Positions 1 to 11,470 are shown, counted from the stretch's first letter. The stretch: 64,000 nt of DNA from Candidatus Obscuribacterales bacterium (GCA_965228855.1 CBDDIJ010000002.1:1-64000); one strand, 5' to 3'. Notes: generated from the sequence alone by a model not told the origin. Translations and numbers: made by a program.

Positions 1-113
1 TGAAGATCGTCTCGGGAGCCGGCGTCGAGGAATGGCCGGAACTCTCCAAGGACGAGGTCGCGGCGCGCCTCGCCGTGCTGGTCGCCGAGCGGCTGAAGAC
101 GGTGACCGTCTGA
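1..113 (+). CDS. coaBC: 3' end of bifunctional phosphopantothenoylcysteine decarboxylase/synthase (partial)
   Basis: Frame from base 3 reads KIVSGAGVEEWPELSKDEVAARLAVLVAERLKTVTV*, resembling the CoaBC C-terminus (W-P-x-L-S-K-x-x-V-A); dut, often linked to coaBC, lies further along. Confidence 0.7.
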   Translation, partial: KIVSGAGVEEWPELSKDEVAARLAVLVAERLKTVTV

Positions 114-135
114 CCTTTCGCGAGCAGGAAACATC

Positions 136-678
136 ATGACCGCCGAGCTTGCCAACGCCACGCCGCCGACGCTCGAGACCGAGCGGCTTGTTCTCAGGCC
201 CGCCCGCCTCGACGATTTCGACGGCTACGCCGCGATGTGGGCGGATCCCGACGTCACCCGCTTCATCGGCGGCAAGCCGTTCTCGCGGGAAGCATCGTGG
301 ACCCGGTTCCTGCGCCAGCTCGGCATGTGGCGCGCCTATGGCTTCGGCTTCTTCATCGTCGAGGAGAAGGTGACCGGCCGCTTCCTCGGCGAGGCCGGTT
401 TTCATGATCTGAAGCGCGAGATCACGCCCTCGCTTGAGGGCACGATGGAGACCGGCTGGGGACTGGTTCCGGCGGCGCACGGCAGGGGTTACGCCACCGA
501 GGCGGTGACCGCGCTGCTCGCCTGGCGCGCCGCGACGTTTCCCGGAATGCGCGTCACCTGCATCATCGATCCAGACAACGCGCAGTCCATTCGTGTGGCC
601 GGGAAGCTCGGCTTCCGCGAGGTCGCGCGGACGACCTATCACGGTGCGCCGAGCATCATGTTCGAACTGGCGGGCTAG
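136..678 (+). CDS. GNAT family N-acetyltransferase (RimJ/RimL-like)
   Basis: TLETERLVLRP N-terminus, HGRGYATEA acetyl-CoA motif, N-x-x-S-x-R-V-A-x-K-L-G-F. Confidence 0.9.
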   Translation: MTAELANATPPTLETERLVLRPARLDDFDGYAAMWADPDVTRFIGGKPFSREASWTRFLRQLGMWRAYGFGFFIVEEKVTGRFLGEAGFHDLKREITPSLEGTMETGWGLVPAAHGRGYATEAVTALLAWRAATFPGMRVTCIIDPDNAQSIRVAGKLGFREVARTTYHGAPSIMFELAG

Positions 679-1220
679 CCGCCCAGCCGTTCGGCATACT
701 CCCCTTCGAGCTTCAGCACGTTCGTCCAGAACCCCTTGGGCTTGCCGCCGGCGAGCACGTCGGCCAGCGCGTCGACATGCGCGTGCCAGCCGCTGGAGAC
801 GCTGGCCATCTCTTCCGTGTCCTTCAGGCGGCGGTGGGTGATGACGAGACGCACATCCTTGCCGGCGGGGAACAGCTCGAACGTCACTTCGCTTTCATGT
901 TCGCCGTTCGGCCAGGTGTAGGACAGGAGCCGTGGCGGATCGAACGCCTTGACCTCCACCAGCGCGGTGACGCCGCCGCCATCCATCTCCTTGTACTTCT
1001 CAGGCGTCGGCTCGTCGGCGAAGTCGGAATGGCGGAACAGCAGCGTGCCCTTGCCGCCCTTCTGCAGCGTGTCGCCGCCGGAGAACCACTGGCTGCGCTT
1101 GTCGGCGTCGACGAGGTAGCTCCACAGGCGCTCGGCCGGGCCCGGCAGCACCCGCTCCAGCCGCACGGTGGTGGGCGCGGTTGCGGTCGCGTAGGTCTTG
1201 TCGGCTACGGTCATGTTCAT
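675..1220 (-). CDS. SRPBCC/AHSA1 (START-like) domain protein
   Basis: VRLERVLPGPAERLWSYL, FDPPRLLSYTW, GWHAH motifs; start MNMTVADK overlaps the ArsR stop. Confidence 0.85.
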   Translation of the reverse strand: MNMTVADKTYATATAPTTVRLERVLPGPAERLWSYLVDADKRSQWFSGGDTLQKGGKGTLLFRHSDFADEPTPEKYKEMDGGGVTALVEVKAFDPPRLLSYTWPNGEHESEVTFELFPAGKDVRLVITHRRLKDTEEMASVSSGWHAHVDALADVLAGGKPKGFWTNVLKLEGEYAERLGG

Positions 1221-1573
1221 TGTCCTGCTCCTTTTTCCTTTGCCTTGTCTTCTTCCCTGAGCAGGCCTTCGAGGACGTCGAGACGCCCGGTCCAGAACCG
1301 CTCGTAGCGGGCAATCCATGATTGTGCGTCCTTCAGCGTGTCCGCCTGCAGCCGGCAGCGATGCGTGCGGCCCTCGATCGAGCGCCGCACCAGCCCGGCT
1401 CCTTCCAGCACCTTCACGTGCTTGGAGGCGCCGGCGAACGACATCTCGAACGGTCGGGCGAGATCGCCGATCGTCGCCTCGCCGTCGGCGAGGCGGTTGA
1501 GCATGGCCCGCCTTGTGGGGTCGGCGAGGGCGTGGAAGACGGCGTCGAGCCGGGAGGACTGAAGTTCAACCAT
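1217..1573 (-). CDS. ArsR/SmtB family transcriptional regulator
   Basis: LDAVFHALADPTRRAML, SKHVKVLEGAGLV; typical ArsR-SRPBCC pair. Confidence 0.92.
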   Translation of the reverse strand: MVELQSSRLDAVFHALADPTRRAMLNRLADGEATIGDLARPFEMSFAGASKHVKVLEGAGLVRRSIEGRTHRCRLQADTLKDAQSWIARYERFWTGRLDVLEGLLREEDKAKEKGAGQ

Positions 1574-1620
1574 ATGGTTTAGTTAGGCCTCGCCATGCTG
1601 ATTGTCAACCATTTGGTTGA
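1566..1620. promoter_or_regulatory. Two palindromic operators, likely ArsR autoregulation
   Basis: TCAACCATATGGTTTA (1566-1581, over the start codon) and TCAACCATTTGGTTGA (1605-1620). Confidence 0.65.
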
Positions 1621-1630
1621 ATGATCCCGC

Positions 1631-1665
1631 AAAAAAGAACCGCGGCTGCTTTGCGGCCGCGGTTC
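1631..1665 (-). terminator. Rho-independent terminator of the peroxiredoxin gene
   Basis: Minus strand GAACCGCGGC-CGCAAAGCA-GCCGCGGTTC followed by TTTTTT. Confidence 0.8.
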
Positions 1666-1676
1666 CGTCGTCGAGA

Positions 1677-2336
1677 TCAGGCCGATGGCTGCTTGGTCTT
1701 GCGCAGGTAAGGCAGGATGGTGTCGAACGCGCCGAAGCGCTTGATCGCGTCCTCGTTCGACACCGCCGCGGTGATGATCACGTCATCGCCCTGCTGCCAG
1801 TTGGCCGGCGTCGCCACCTGGTGCTTGGCGGTGAGCTGGATGGAATCGATGGCGCGCAGGATCTCGTTGAAGTTGCGGCCGGTGGTCATCGGATAGGTGA
1901 GGATCAGCTTGATCTTCTTGTCCGGGCCGATGACATAGACCGAGCGCACCGTGGCGTTGTCGGCCGGCGTGCGTCCGGCGGCGCTGTCGCCGGCATCTTC
2001 CGGCAGCATGTCGTAGAGCTTGGCGACCTTGAGGTCCTTGTCGCCGATCAGCGGATAGTCGACCTTGTGGCCGGTCGCCTTTTCGATGTCGCCCTTCCAC
2101 TTGTCGTGGTCGGACACCGGGTCGACCGAGATGCCGATGATCTTGGCGTTGCGCTTCCTGAACTCGCCTTCCAGCCCGGCCATGGTGCCGAGTTCGGTGG
2201 TGCAGACCGGCGTGAAGTTTTTCGGATGCGAGAACAGCACGGCCCAGCCGTCGCCGATCCAGTCGTGGAAACTGACCGCTCCGTGGGTGGTTTCGGCGGT
2301 GAAATCCGGCGCGGTCTGGTTGATGCGAAGGCCCAT
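1677..2336 (-). CDS. 1-Cys peroxiredoxin (Prx6 family)
   Basis: FSHPKNFTPVCTTE active site; YPMTTGRNFNEILR; ATPANW. Confidence 0.95.
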   Translation of the reverse strand: MGLRINQTAPDFTAETTHGAVSFHDWIGDGWAVLFSHPKNFTPVCTTELGTMAGLEGEFRKRNAKIIGISVDPVSDHDKWKGDIEKATGHKVDYPLIGDKDLKVAKLYDMLPEDAGDSAAGRTPADNATVRSVYVIGPDKKIKLILTYPMTTGRNFNEILRAIDSIQLTAKHQVATPANWQQGDDVIITAAVSNEDAIKRFGAFDTILPYLRKTKQPSA

Positions 2337-2677
2337 GGTGGTCTCTCCTTGTTCGCTGCCAAATAGCTAAGGCTTCGGACGGTCTGCGGCGAGGAAAAAC
2401 AATGCGCCGCACGATGAAATCACGCAACCGCATTCCTGAACCGGGGCGCTATCCGGAATGGCTTTGTGCGCTGGCGCGCCCGGGCCCGGCGGACGCGGCC
2501 AATTGAGGCAGAGATCTTCCACAAGCGCTTGGAAGGCTGGGATTTGTCTCAGGAGGCGCGGGACCCGTCCCGCGGGTTTGAGAGTGGAGAGGGTAACGAG
2601 ACAAGCCCCTCTCTTGCGAGATCGTTGGCACCGCTCCTCGCCGCGCAGCCCGCTCGGAGGCGGTGGCGCTCGACGTT

Positions 2678-2833
2678 GCCCCCCTCTGTCCTGCCGGACA
2701 TCTCCCCCGCAAGGGGGAGATGTGCAGCTTCGGCCTATTCGCCAACCTTCAACGGCGCAGGCGCGGGCGGAGCGCTTGTGACGGCGTGATCTCCCCCCTT
2801 GCGGGGGAGATGTCCGGCAGGACAGAGGGGGGC
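2678..2833. repeat. Inverted pair of REP-like palindromic repeats (family B)
   Basis: GCCCCCCTCTGTCCTGCCGGACATCTCCCCCGCAAGGGGGAGAT (2678-2721) and its near-exact reverse complement (2789-2833). Confidence 0.9.
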
Positions 2834-3097
2834 GCTGTCCCGCGGACGCTGGAAGGCGTGCCGGGTAGGGTGATCGGCGGTCACCTTTGCGCACCCCCCT
2901 CTCCGTCTCCGCCCTCGGCGCAGTGGGGGCGCGGCGCAGACGGTGTGGATAGAACGGCACAAAAAAGGGCGAGGCGGGGAAAATCGGCAAGCTTTCCGAA
3001 GCAAGCAACGCAAGCGCGCGCTTGCGTCATCTCGATCTTATCCACCCAATTCGACCTCGGAATAAATTCCTATCCAGTTTTTTTGCTGGAGATGGAC

Positions 3098-4274
3098 ATG
3101 ACGCAAAACAGGACTTTCGGAGACCTTCGCTCGACCCTCGCCTTTGCCGACGTCCGGCTGAAACTTCTCAGGCTGCGGCTCAAGGCGGGCTTCCGCCCGG
3201 ATCAACCACGGGTGCCGCGAGGCGACGACGAAGGCGGGCAATGGACGGACGGGGGTGGTGGCCGGGGCAGCAGCGGTGGTTCGCCATCCGGCCATCGGCC
3301 ACCGGAGAAGGTTTCGTCACCCACAGGGCCGAAATCGCGGCGGCGCACAATCGAGACGGACACGACCGGCGAGAAAGCCCTGGCGTACCTTGTCCGCCGT
3401 CTATCGGACGGACGGCACCCTGCTCTCGCAGACTGCGAGAAACCGGGACGGCAGCCGCATCCATTCCGAATTCGGCCAGGGTTCGAAAGGCGTTCTGGAA
3501 CGGAATGCCGTCACACTTCCCGACGGCAAAAAACTCACTTTCGAGACCGACCCGACCGGGCAATCCGTCTATGACCGACGCGGCCGGCTCGTGCAGCAGG
3601 TCCTCTTCGATCCGACCAAAGGTCAATACAAGATCGAACTCTACCGGCCGTCGGACCTGGAGCCCGATCCGAGACGCGGGCGACTCGAAGATGACGGAAT
3701 GGGACTTGTCCTGCTGGGCGCGGCGCTGGTCCTCTACAGCCATTGGCTCGGCACGCGACAGGCGAATGAAGAAATCGTCCTCGCATTCAAGGCGGAGGAA
3801 TTCGAAGTCGGGGCTGATAGCCCGGTATGGGTAAGCAAGCGCACCCGGGAAGAAGTCATAAAAATGTGCGGCGAAAAATTCAATGAACTACAAGATCTGG
3901 CGAATTCCATAGCGGCTTCAACAAGCCGACGCGATTTTCCAGATCCGGCGGACTTTGGCAAAAAAGTCCATACCAAGATGAAGAACGAAATCCATGGCCC
4001 GGACGAGACGCCAAAGGATCCTAATCTGCGAGCGGAAATATCTCTGCAGGAGAAAGAGGATGGCTCCGGAACCGAGGAAGCTCGATATGGTGCGAAAGAC
4101 ACCACGCGGCTCGATATCTACCACGATCTCGGGAATGGCACGGTGTGTGTCTACGACGTAAAGACGGGCAAGAGCGGGCTCGGCAAGAAGCAGATTTCCA
4201 AGATCGCGAAGAGGGTCAACCGATTCCGCAAGCCGAAACGCTTCGTGGTGGTGGAGATCAGGACCGGACGCTAG
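3098..4274 (+). CDS. Polymorphic-toxin-like protein: N-terminal DQPRVP..GGQWT motif, C-terminal PD-(D/E)xK nuclease-like domain; one frameshift near 3374
   Basis: First frame: LRLKAGFRPDQPRVPRGDDEGGQWT...ETDTTGEK; continues in the next frame as KPWRTLSAVYRTDG...RLDIYHDLGNGTVCVYDVKTGK*. Confidence 0.6.
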
Positions 4275-5928
4275 CCGGTCCATCCTCCCGCCAGTTACCA
4301 TACCCGCAAGCGCGAAGTGCTTCGACAGCGGCATCCAACCAGGACCTAACGGTGAAGGGGCCGATTTCGGCCAGACGATTGGAAGCAGGATCGTAATCCT
4401 GCTTCCGATAGGTTCCGTCAGCCTCCCATATGTTAATCTGTCGGTCGTCGGAATCGAGGAAGATCGCGGTTTTCCTTTCATCGACCCGCAACTCCACGGA
4501 CAACAAATATGTGTCGACGCCGGTCGCCGCCGGCCTCTCCCGGAATTTGGCATAAAGCTTGCCACCCGAAGGCATCTCCACGGAGAGGCCGTGGCTGGAA
4601 TAGGTCGACTGATACTCCTCCTTCAATTCGTGCTTGCTCCGGTGCTCGATGTGGCTGATCGTCAGCAGCGCGCCGTCCTCCATCCGCCGCGCCAGCACAT
4701 AGCCTTCGAAAGCGGCGGCGCGTCGTTGTGCCTCCTCGGCGGAGATCTCGCCGACAAGGAAGCGCCCTTCGTCACCGCTCCAGATCTTTTCGGCGAACTT
4801 CGTTTCTCCCGGTTGCCGCGGCATCTCCGAGCGCCAGCCCGGATCGAATGCGACCCACGGGCTGGTGTCGAACGCCGGGTCGACCGCCGCAGCCCGCTCA
4901 TCCGGCGCAAGCTCACCTGGAAACGGCGACTTCTGCCAGCCCGGATCGACTTCGAAGCCACCGACGCTGCGCGCCTCCCGTTCGTGATAGGGCCGGAACA
5001 CAGCCTCTGGACCCTCCGCCTGCGCGGCGCGGTATTCCGCCACCCAGTCGGGCGGCGGCGCGTCGCGCGGCAAGGTGGCGTCGAGATAGGCATCCGCCGC
5101 GGCCTGCCCTTCGCCGAGCAGGATCGCCGCGAAGGTTTCCCGGTCACAGCGATCCGCTTCGCCTAGGGCCCGGCGATAGTCGTCGAAGCCCGTCACCCGG
5201 CCGACCTTGCCCAGCACCTCCCTCAACTCGTGATGCAACAGCTGCAGGAAATGCGGGTCGGTCACGTAGAGCGTGGCCGACCGATCCTGATCGATACTGT
5301 CGTAGGCCAGCGGCTGCACGAACCAGTACAGATAGAAACAGGTGTGGTCGGACGGCGACGGATCGAACCACACGCCGCGCAGCAGATGCCGGCACGGCGT
5401 GATGCAGAGCCGGCGGCCGTCCAGCACGAGGTCCGGTCGTTCGTCGAGCAGCGGCTTGAGGTAACGCCTGAAGTCCGCCTTGCGGGTGCCGACACGCTTG
5501 ATCACCGCCGGCTGCAGCGTTTCCATCAGCGCGCGGGCCATTGTCGCGGCCGTGTCGGCGTCGACCAGCCGGTCCTCGAACTCGTCGAGCACCACGCCGC
5601 CGGTCAGCGCCGCGATCGCCGCGGCGCAGCTCATGCCGGCCGCGCCTTCGACCGCGTCGCCACCCCAGCGGAAAGAGGCGACGCGGTCGAGCGCCATGTC
5701 GCCGCCGGGATCGTCTTCCGGCTCGAACACCTCCGAACGATCGTCTACCGAAAATTCGACGCCGGTGTCGGCGCGCCGGTAGCGCATCGGCATGTAGCCG
5801 TCCTGATCTTCGAGCGAACCGGTGACAGGGGCGAAGGTGAAGGGCAGGCCGATCTCGCGCAGCTTCGCCTGGATGGCGCGTTTGCCCGGAAGCCTGCCGC
5901 GAAACAACACATGCGTTTCCATCGCCAT
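4258..5928 (-). CDS. Hypothetical protein (about 556 aa), SOS box upstream
   Basis: Long ORF with protein-like composition; start MAMETHV; family not recognised. Confidence 0.65.
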   Translation of the reverse strand: MAMETHVLFRGRLPGKRAIQAKLREIGLPFTFAPVTGSLEDQDGYMPMRYRRADTGVEFSVDDRSEVFEPEDDPGGDMALDRVASFRWGGDAVEGAAGMSCAAAIAALTGGVVLDEFEDRLVDADTAATMARALMETLQPAVIKRVGTRKADFRRYLKPLLDERPDLVLDGRRLCITPCRHLLRGVWFDPSPSDHTCFYLYWFVQPLAYDSIDQDRSATLYVTDPHFLQLLHHELREVLGKVGRVTGFDDYRRALGEADRCDRETFAAILLGEGQAAADAYLDATLPRDAPPPDWVAEYRAAQAEGPEAVFRPYHEREARSVGGFEVDPGWQKSPFPGELAPDERAAAVDPAFDTSPWVAFDPGWRSEMPRQPGETKFAEKIWSGDEGRFLVGEISAEEAQRRAAAFEGYVLARRMEDGALLTISHIEHRSKHELKEEYQSTYSSHGLSVEMPSGGKLYAKFRERPAATGVDTYLLSVELRVDERKTAIFLDSDDRQINIWEADGTYRKQDYDPASNRLAEIGPFTVRSWLDAAVEALRACGYGNWREDGPASVRS

Positions 5929-5965
5929 GGACAAATTCCGCCAGGTTTCGTGCCGATCTACTTGA

Positions 5966-5980
5966 GAACATAAAGTGAAC
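5966..5980 (-). promoter_or_regulatory. Alphaproteobacterial LexA (SOS) box
   Basis: GAAC-ATAAAGT-GAAC (GTTC-N7-GTTC on the minus strand), 37 bp upstream of the 5928 start. Confidence 0.7.
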
Positions 5981-6089
5981 ATGATAGAGACGTCAAGACG
6001 CCAAAGAAATTCCGCCAGTTCAACTCGCCATATGCTGGTGGATAGGCAGCAACGGCTTGAGTTGCGGGGCCGCGGTAAGGGGTGAGGCA

Positions 6090-7463
6090 ATGTCGTTCGC
6101 CGACAAACTCGAGCGGCTGGTCCGGGACGATGCCGGACAAGGCGGCGCTCCTCTGCTGATGCTGGCGATCGCGCGGCGCGCCGGGCTGGAGCGCGCCGCG
6201 GTGTCGTGGATGGCCGGCGATCATCGGAGAGACGAGGAGGCCAGGATCAGCTTCGGCTGGTTCGGCAGTCGTCCGATCGACGCCGCGCTCGGGCTGTGGC
6301 GGGCGCTGTGCACCGGCTCGGCCACCGAAATCGGCGACCGGATCGTTTCACTCGCCGCCGACGACGGCGAGCCGGACACCTCCGCAACTGCCGAACTCGC
6401 GCTGAACAGCGTGGTGGCGCCGCTCGTCATCCTCGAGCGCGGCGCGGTGCTGGTCGAACTGGCCGCGGTGAACAATCGGGGCGAAGCCTGGCGGAACGAT
6501 TCGTTCGCGGAAACGGCGGCGATGGATCTGGCGAAAGCCGGCGGCTGGGACAACGCGCTGGATATCCTCGGGCGCGCAAGCCGGCTTTCACCCCGGCCGC
6601 ATATCAACATAGCGACCCAGATGTCGCTCTGGAAACATGCCTACCGGCAAAAACGGATCGACGACGTGCTGCCACGACTGGCGGCGATACCGATGCATGC
6701 CGAACGCGCGCATCCGCCCGGGTCGAGCCCCGGGTCCCGGACCGACCCCTCGCACTGGCGGGTGATTGGCCATCGCCTGCGCAACGGCGCGTCCGGCATG
6801 CTGGTGCCAGCGATCCCGCCGGCCGACCAGACACCCGGCTATGCCGAAGCAGCCATCGCGCAGATCGCCATCCTGGCCTATCGCCGCGACAATGACGATG
6901 CCCTGGCCGCGTTGCTGGGCGTCCTGCAGCCGGCCGGGACGAGCATGGAAATCATCGGGAGCGGGGTCGCGCTGCATCTGGACCAGACCACGGACGCCCT
7001 GTTCGTCGCCGAGATGCAGGTCGCCGCGCGTTACGGCGACGTCGACAGGATCGAAAGGCTGATCGCCGAAGCCGGCGGCGATCTTTTCATCGATCCGGCC
7101 GACGCTGCCATCGATGCGCTGATCGAGGAAGGCGACTGGCGCAACGCGGCGTCGATCGCGGCCGGACACGATCCGCTGGAGCGGCCGGTGTCGCCGCCTT
7201 TCGACGACACCCGCCAGGAAGATTCGGCGCTGCTGCATGCCGTACTGGCCGCCGTCGCGGCACTCGGCGGCGACGACCGCGCCGCCGCGGCCCATCTCGC
7301 CATCCACAAGGCGCGGCTGGCAGGACTGACCGGTGAAGACGGCGAGCCGCTGCCGCCAGACGTTTCGCTGTGGCTGGAAATGAACCTCGATGGCGCAGCC
7401 GAGGGGCTGCTGCCGCGCCAGATGCTGCCGGTGACGCTCCGGACATTTCGCGATGCGTGGTGA
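6090..7463 (+). CDS. Hypothetical alpha-helical protein
   Basis: About 457-aa ORF with GAGG RBS before ATG 6090; family not recognised. Confidence 0.6.
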   Translation: MSFADKLERLVRDDAGQGGAPLLMLAIARRAGLERAAVSWMAGDHRRDEEARISFGWFGSRPIDAALGLWRALCTGSATEIGDRIVSLAADDGEPDTSATAELALNSVVAPLVILERGAVLVELAAVNNRGEAWRNDSFAETAAMDLAKAGGWDNALDILGRASRLSPRPHINIATQMSLWKHAYRQKRIDDVLPRLAAIPMHAERAHPPGSSPGSRTDPSHWRVIGHRLRNGASGMLVPAIPPADQTPGYAEAAIAQIAILAYRRDNDDALAALLGVLQPAGTSMEIIGSGVALHLDQTTDALFVAEMQVAARYGDVDRIERLIAEAGGDLFIDPADAAIDALIEEGDWRNAASIAAGHDPLERPVSPPFDDTRQEDSALLHAVLAAVAALGGDDRAAAAHLAIHKARLAGLTGEDGEPLPPDVSLWLEMNLDGAAEGLLPRQMLPVTLRTFRDAW

Positions 7464-7615
7464 CCATCAGCGGCATCCCGGCGCCTTTCCAGGCGGCCGC
7501 AGCGGAACGCGCGAGGCAGGCCGGCGTTGATGAAACGGGCGGGCGTGGCGAAGACCGGAGTGCCAAAGAGATGCCTTGCCGAACGACGCCCGACAGAACG
7601 ATGCCCGAGAGAACA

Positions 7616-8614
7616 ATGATCGTCCGTATCATGTCCGTCCTGCTTTTCCTCCTTTCGCCGTTCTCCGCCCTTGCCGACGACGCCACCATGGCCGACGGCC
7701 GTGCGCGCTCCGCGGCTTTCCTGAAAGGTGACATCACGTCGATCTGGCAGGACATGACGGCGGAAATGCACGCCGCGCTGGGTTCGCAGGACAAGCTTGC
7801 GGCCTTCCGGACCGAGCTGACGGAAGGGCTGGGCACGGAAGAGCAAGTGATCGACGAGAAGACCGGCTCGGAGGCGGGCTTCGACATCTACCTGCGCACC
7901 GGCCGCTGGTCGAAGACGGAAACGCCGATGCTGATGCAGTGGACCTTCGACAGGCAGCGGAAGATCGCCGGCTTCTTCGTGCGGCCGGCGCCGCAGGCCG
8001 CCGACAGCCGCTTCCTCGATTACGAGACGAAGGCCACCCTCCGCCTGCCCTTCGACGGCGAATGGTATGTCTTCTGGGGCGGCCGCACGCTGGAGCAGAA
8101 CTACCACGCCTCGAACCAGGCGCAGCGCTTCGCCTACGATCTGGTGGTGCGCGAGAACGGCGCGACGCATCGCGGCGACTCAGCCGTGCTGGAGAACTAT
8201 TTCTGCTGGGACCGGCCGATCCTGTCGCCGGCCGACGGAACGGTGGCGGCGGCGATGGCCGACCTGCCCGACCAGCCGATCGGCGGCAGCGACCCGCAGC
8301 GCCCGGCCGGCAACCATGTCGTGCTCGATCTCGGCGGCGGCGAGTTCGCCTTCCTCGCCCACATGCGCCAGGGCAGCGTCACTGTGAAGGCCGGAGACAC
8401 GGTCAGGGCGGGGCAGGAACTCGGCCGCTGCGGCAATTCCGGCAACACCAGCGAGCCGCACCTGCACGTCCACCTGCAGACCAGTGCCGACCTTGCGACC
8501 GGCGAAGGCCTGCCGGCGATGTTCGAGAACTACCTGGCCGACGGGCAGCCGGTGGCGAGAGGCGAGCCGGTGCAGGGCCAGACGGTGGCGCCGGCAGACG
8601 GCAAGGCGCGATAG
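7616..8614 (+). CDS. Secreted M23 family metallopeptidase with N-terminal accessory domain
   Basis: Signal peptide, H...FAYDL, GNHVVL, AHMRQGS, GNSGNTSEPHLHVHLQ (HxH). Confidence 0.88.
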   Translation: MIVRIMSVLLFLLSPFSALADDATMADGRARSAAFLKGDITSIWQDMTAEMHAALGSQDKLAAFRTELTEGLGTEEQVIDEKTGSEAGFDIYLRTGRWSKTETPMLMQWTFDRQRKIAGFFVRPAPQAADSRFLDYETKATLRLPFDGEWYVFWGGRTLEQNYHASNQAQRFAYDLVVRENGATHRGDSAVLENYFCWDRPILSPADGTVAAAMADLPDQPIGGSDPQRPAGNHVVLDLGGGEFAFLAHMRQGSVTVKAGDTVRAGQELGRCGNSGNTSEPHLHVHLQTSADLATGEGLPAMFENYLADGQPVARGEPVQGQTVAPADGKAR

Positions 8615-8670
8615 CGGGCACGCTTCCCGCCGCGCAGCGAGCGGCGGCAGTCGTTCGCACCGAGACGCCG

Positions 8671-8770
8671 CGAGGCGGCTTGGCCCTTATCTCCCCCTTT
8701 GCGGGGAGAAAGCGATTTCAACATCTTAGCCGCAGGCTAAGTGTTAGAAATCGCAAGAGAGGGGCTTGCC
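8671..8770 (+). repeat. Family A structured repeat, copy 1
   Basis: CCCTTATCTCCCCCTTTGCGGGGAGAAAGCGATTTCAACATCTTAGCCGCAGGCTAAGTGTTAGAAATCGCAAGAGAGGGGC. Confidence 0.95.
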
Positions 8771-8771
8771 G

Positions 8772-9108
8772 CTACTTGCGATGACACTGAGAACAGGCCG
8801 CCACCCACCATCGATGTTCGTCTTCACCTCGTCGCTTCAGAAGCGCAGCGTTCGAAATCCCTGGCTCTCGAACAGGCCCCTCTCGGCATCCGACCGCGAC
8901 CCCGGAGTGCAGCCCGCCATCGACGTCGCCGATGAGCTTCAAGCAGAAGAAGGATGTAGCCGCCAAGCGGAACCTGCCGCTTGAACTTCATGCCTTCGAG
9001 CTGCCTGTTGCGCAGAGCTCGGCACAGCACATTCTCTGCCAGCGTCGCGTCGGCGCGCGAAGGGTGGGGGAAGGTGCTATGACGTTCCGGAACAAGACGG
9101 TGGACCAT
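8772..9108 (-). pseudogene. Degenerate DUF559 (Vsr-like) endonuclease gene
   Basis: MVHRLVPERH..ADATLAENVLCRALRNRQLEGMKFKRQVPLGGYI, then a deletion/frameshift, KLIGDVDGGLH in another frame; aligns with 12889-13239. Confidence 0.88.
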
Positions 9109-9112
9109 GGAT

Positions 9113-9191
9113 AGCCCCTCTCTTGCGATTTCCAGCACTTAGCCTGCGGCTAAGATGCTGAAATCGCTTTCTCCCCCGCAAGGGGGGAGAT
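9113..9191 (-). repeat. Family A structured repeat, copy 2 (inverted)
   Basis: AGCCCCTCTCTTGCGATTTCCAGCACTTAGCCTGCGGCTAAGATGCTGAAATCGCTTTCTCCCCCGCAAGGGGGGAGAT. Confidence 0.95.
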
Positions 9192-9316
9192 GGGCGACTG
9201 CATCGCGTGCACCTAGCGATGAACTGGTGTTTCTCGCCACGCCTACCTTCAGGCTGGGCTACGAGACAGGCCCGCTGGGGGCATCAACACCCATGCGAGA
9301 AAGATCATAAGTTGCG

Positions 9317-9418
9317 CAAGGCGACTTGGCCCTTATCTCCCCCCTTGCGGGGGAGATAGCGATTTCAACATCTTAGCCGCAGGCTAAGTGTTAGAAATCG
9401 CAAGAGAGGGGCTTGCCG
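9317..9418 (+). repeat. Family A structured repeat, copy 3
   Basis: Near-identical to copy 1, including the upstream AGGCG(G/A)CTTGGCCCTTATC. Confidence 0.95.
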
Positions 9419-9475
9419 CGCAGCGCGCCCCGGGCGCAGTTCCAATCTCCCGGAACAGGAAGGGATGTCGGACAG

Positions 9476-11470
<1,995 letters not shown>

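Noticed and set aside
2470..2600. Possible riboswitch or ncRNA upstream of the peroxiredoxin (hairpins CGCGGGAC/GTCCCGCG and CAAGCGCTTG)
   Set aside because: I recognise no matching family and the hairpins are short in GC-rich DNA; an Rfam scan would settle it.
7581..7617. 15-bp tandem repeat GAACGA(C/T)GCCCGA(C/G)A before the M23 peptidase, considered as an SOS box
   Set aside because: GAAC spacing is N11 rather than N7; probably a local slippage duplication.
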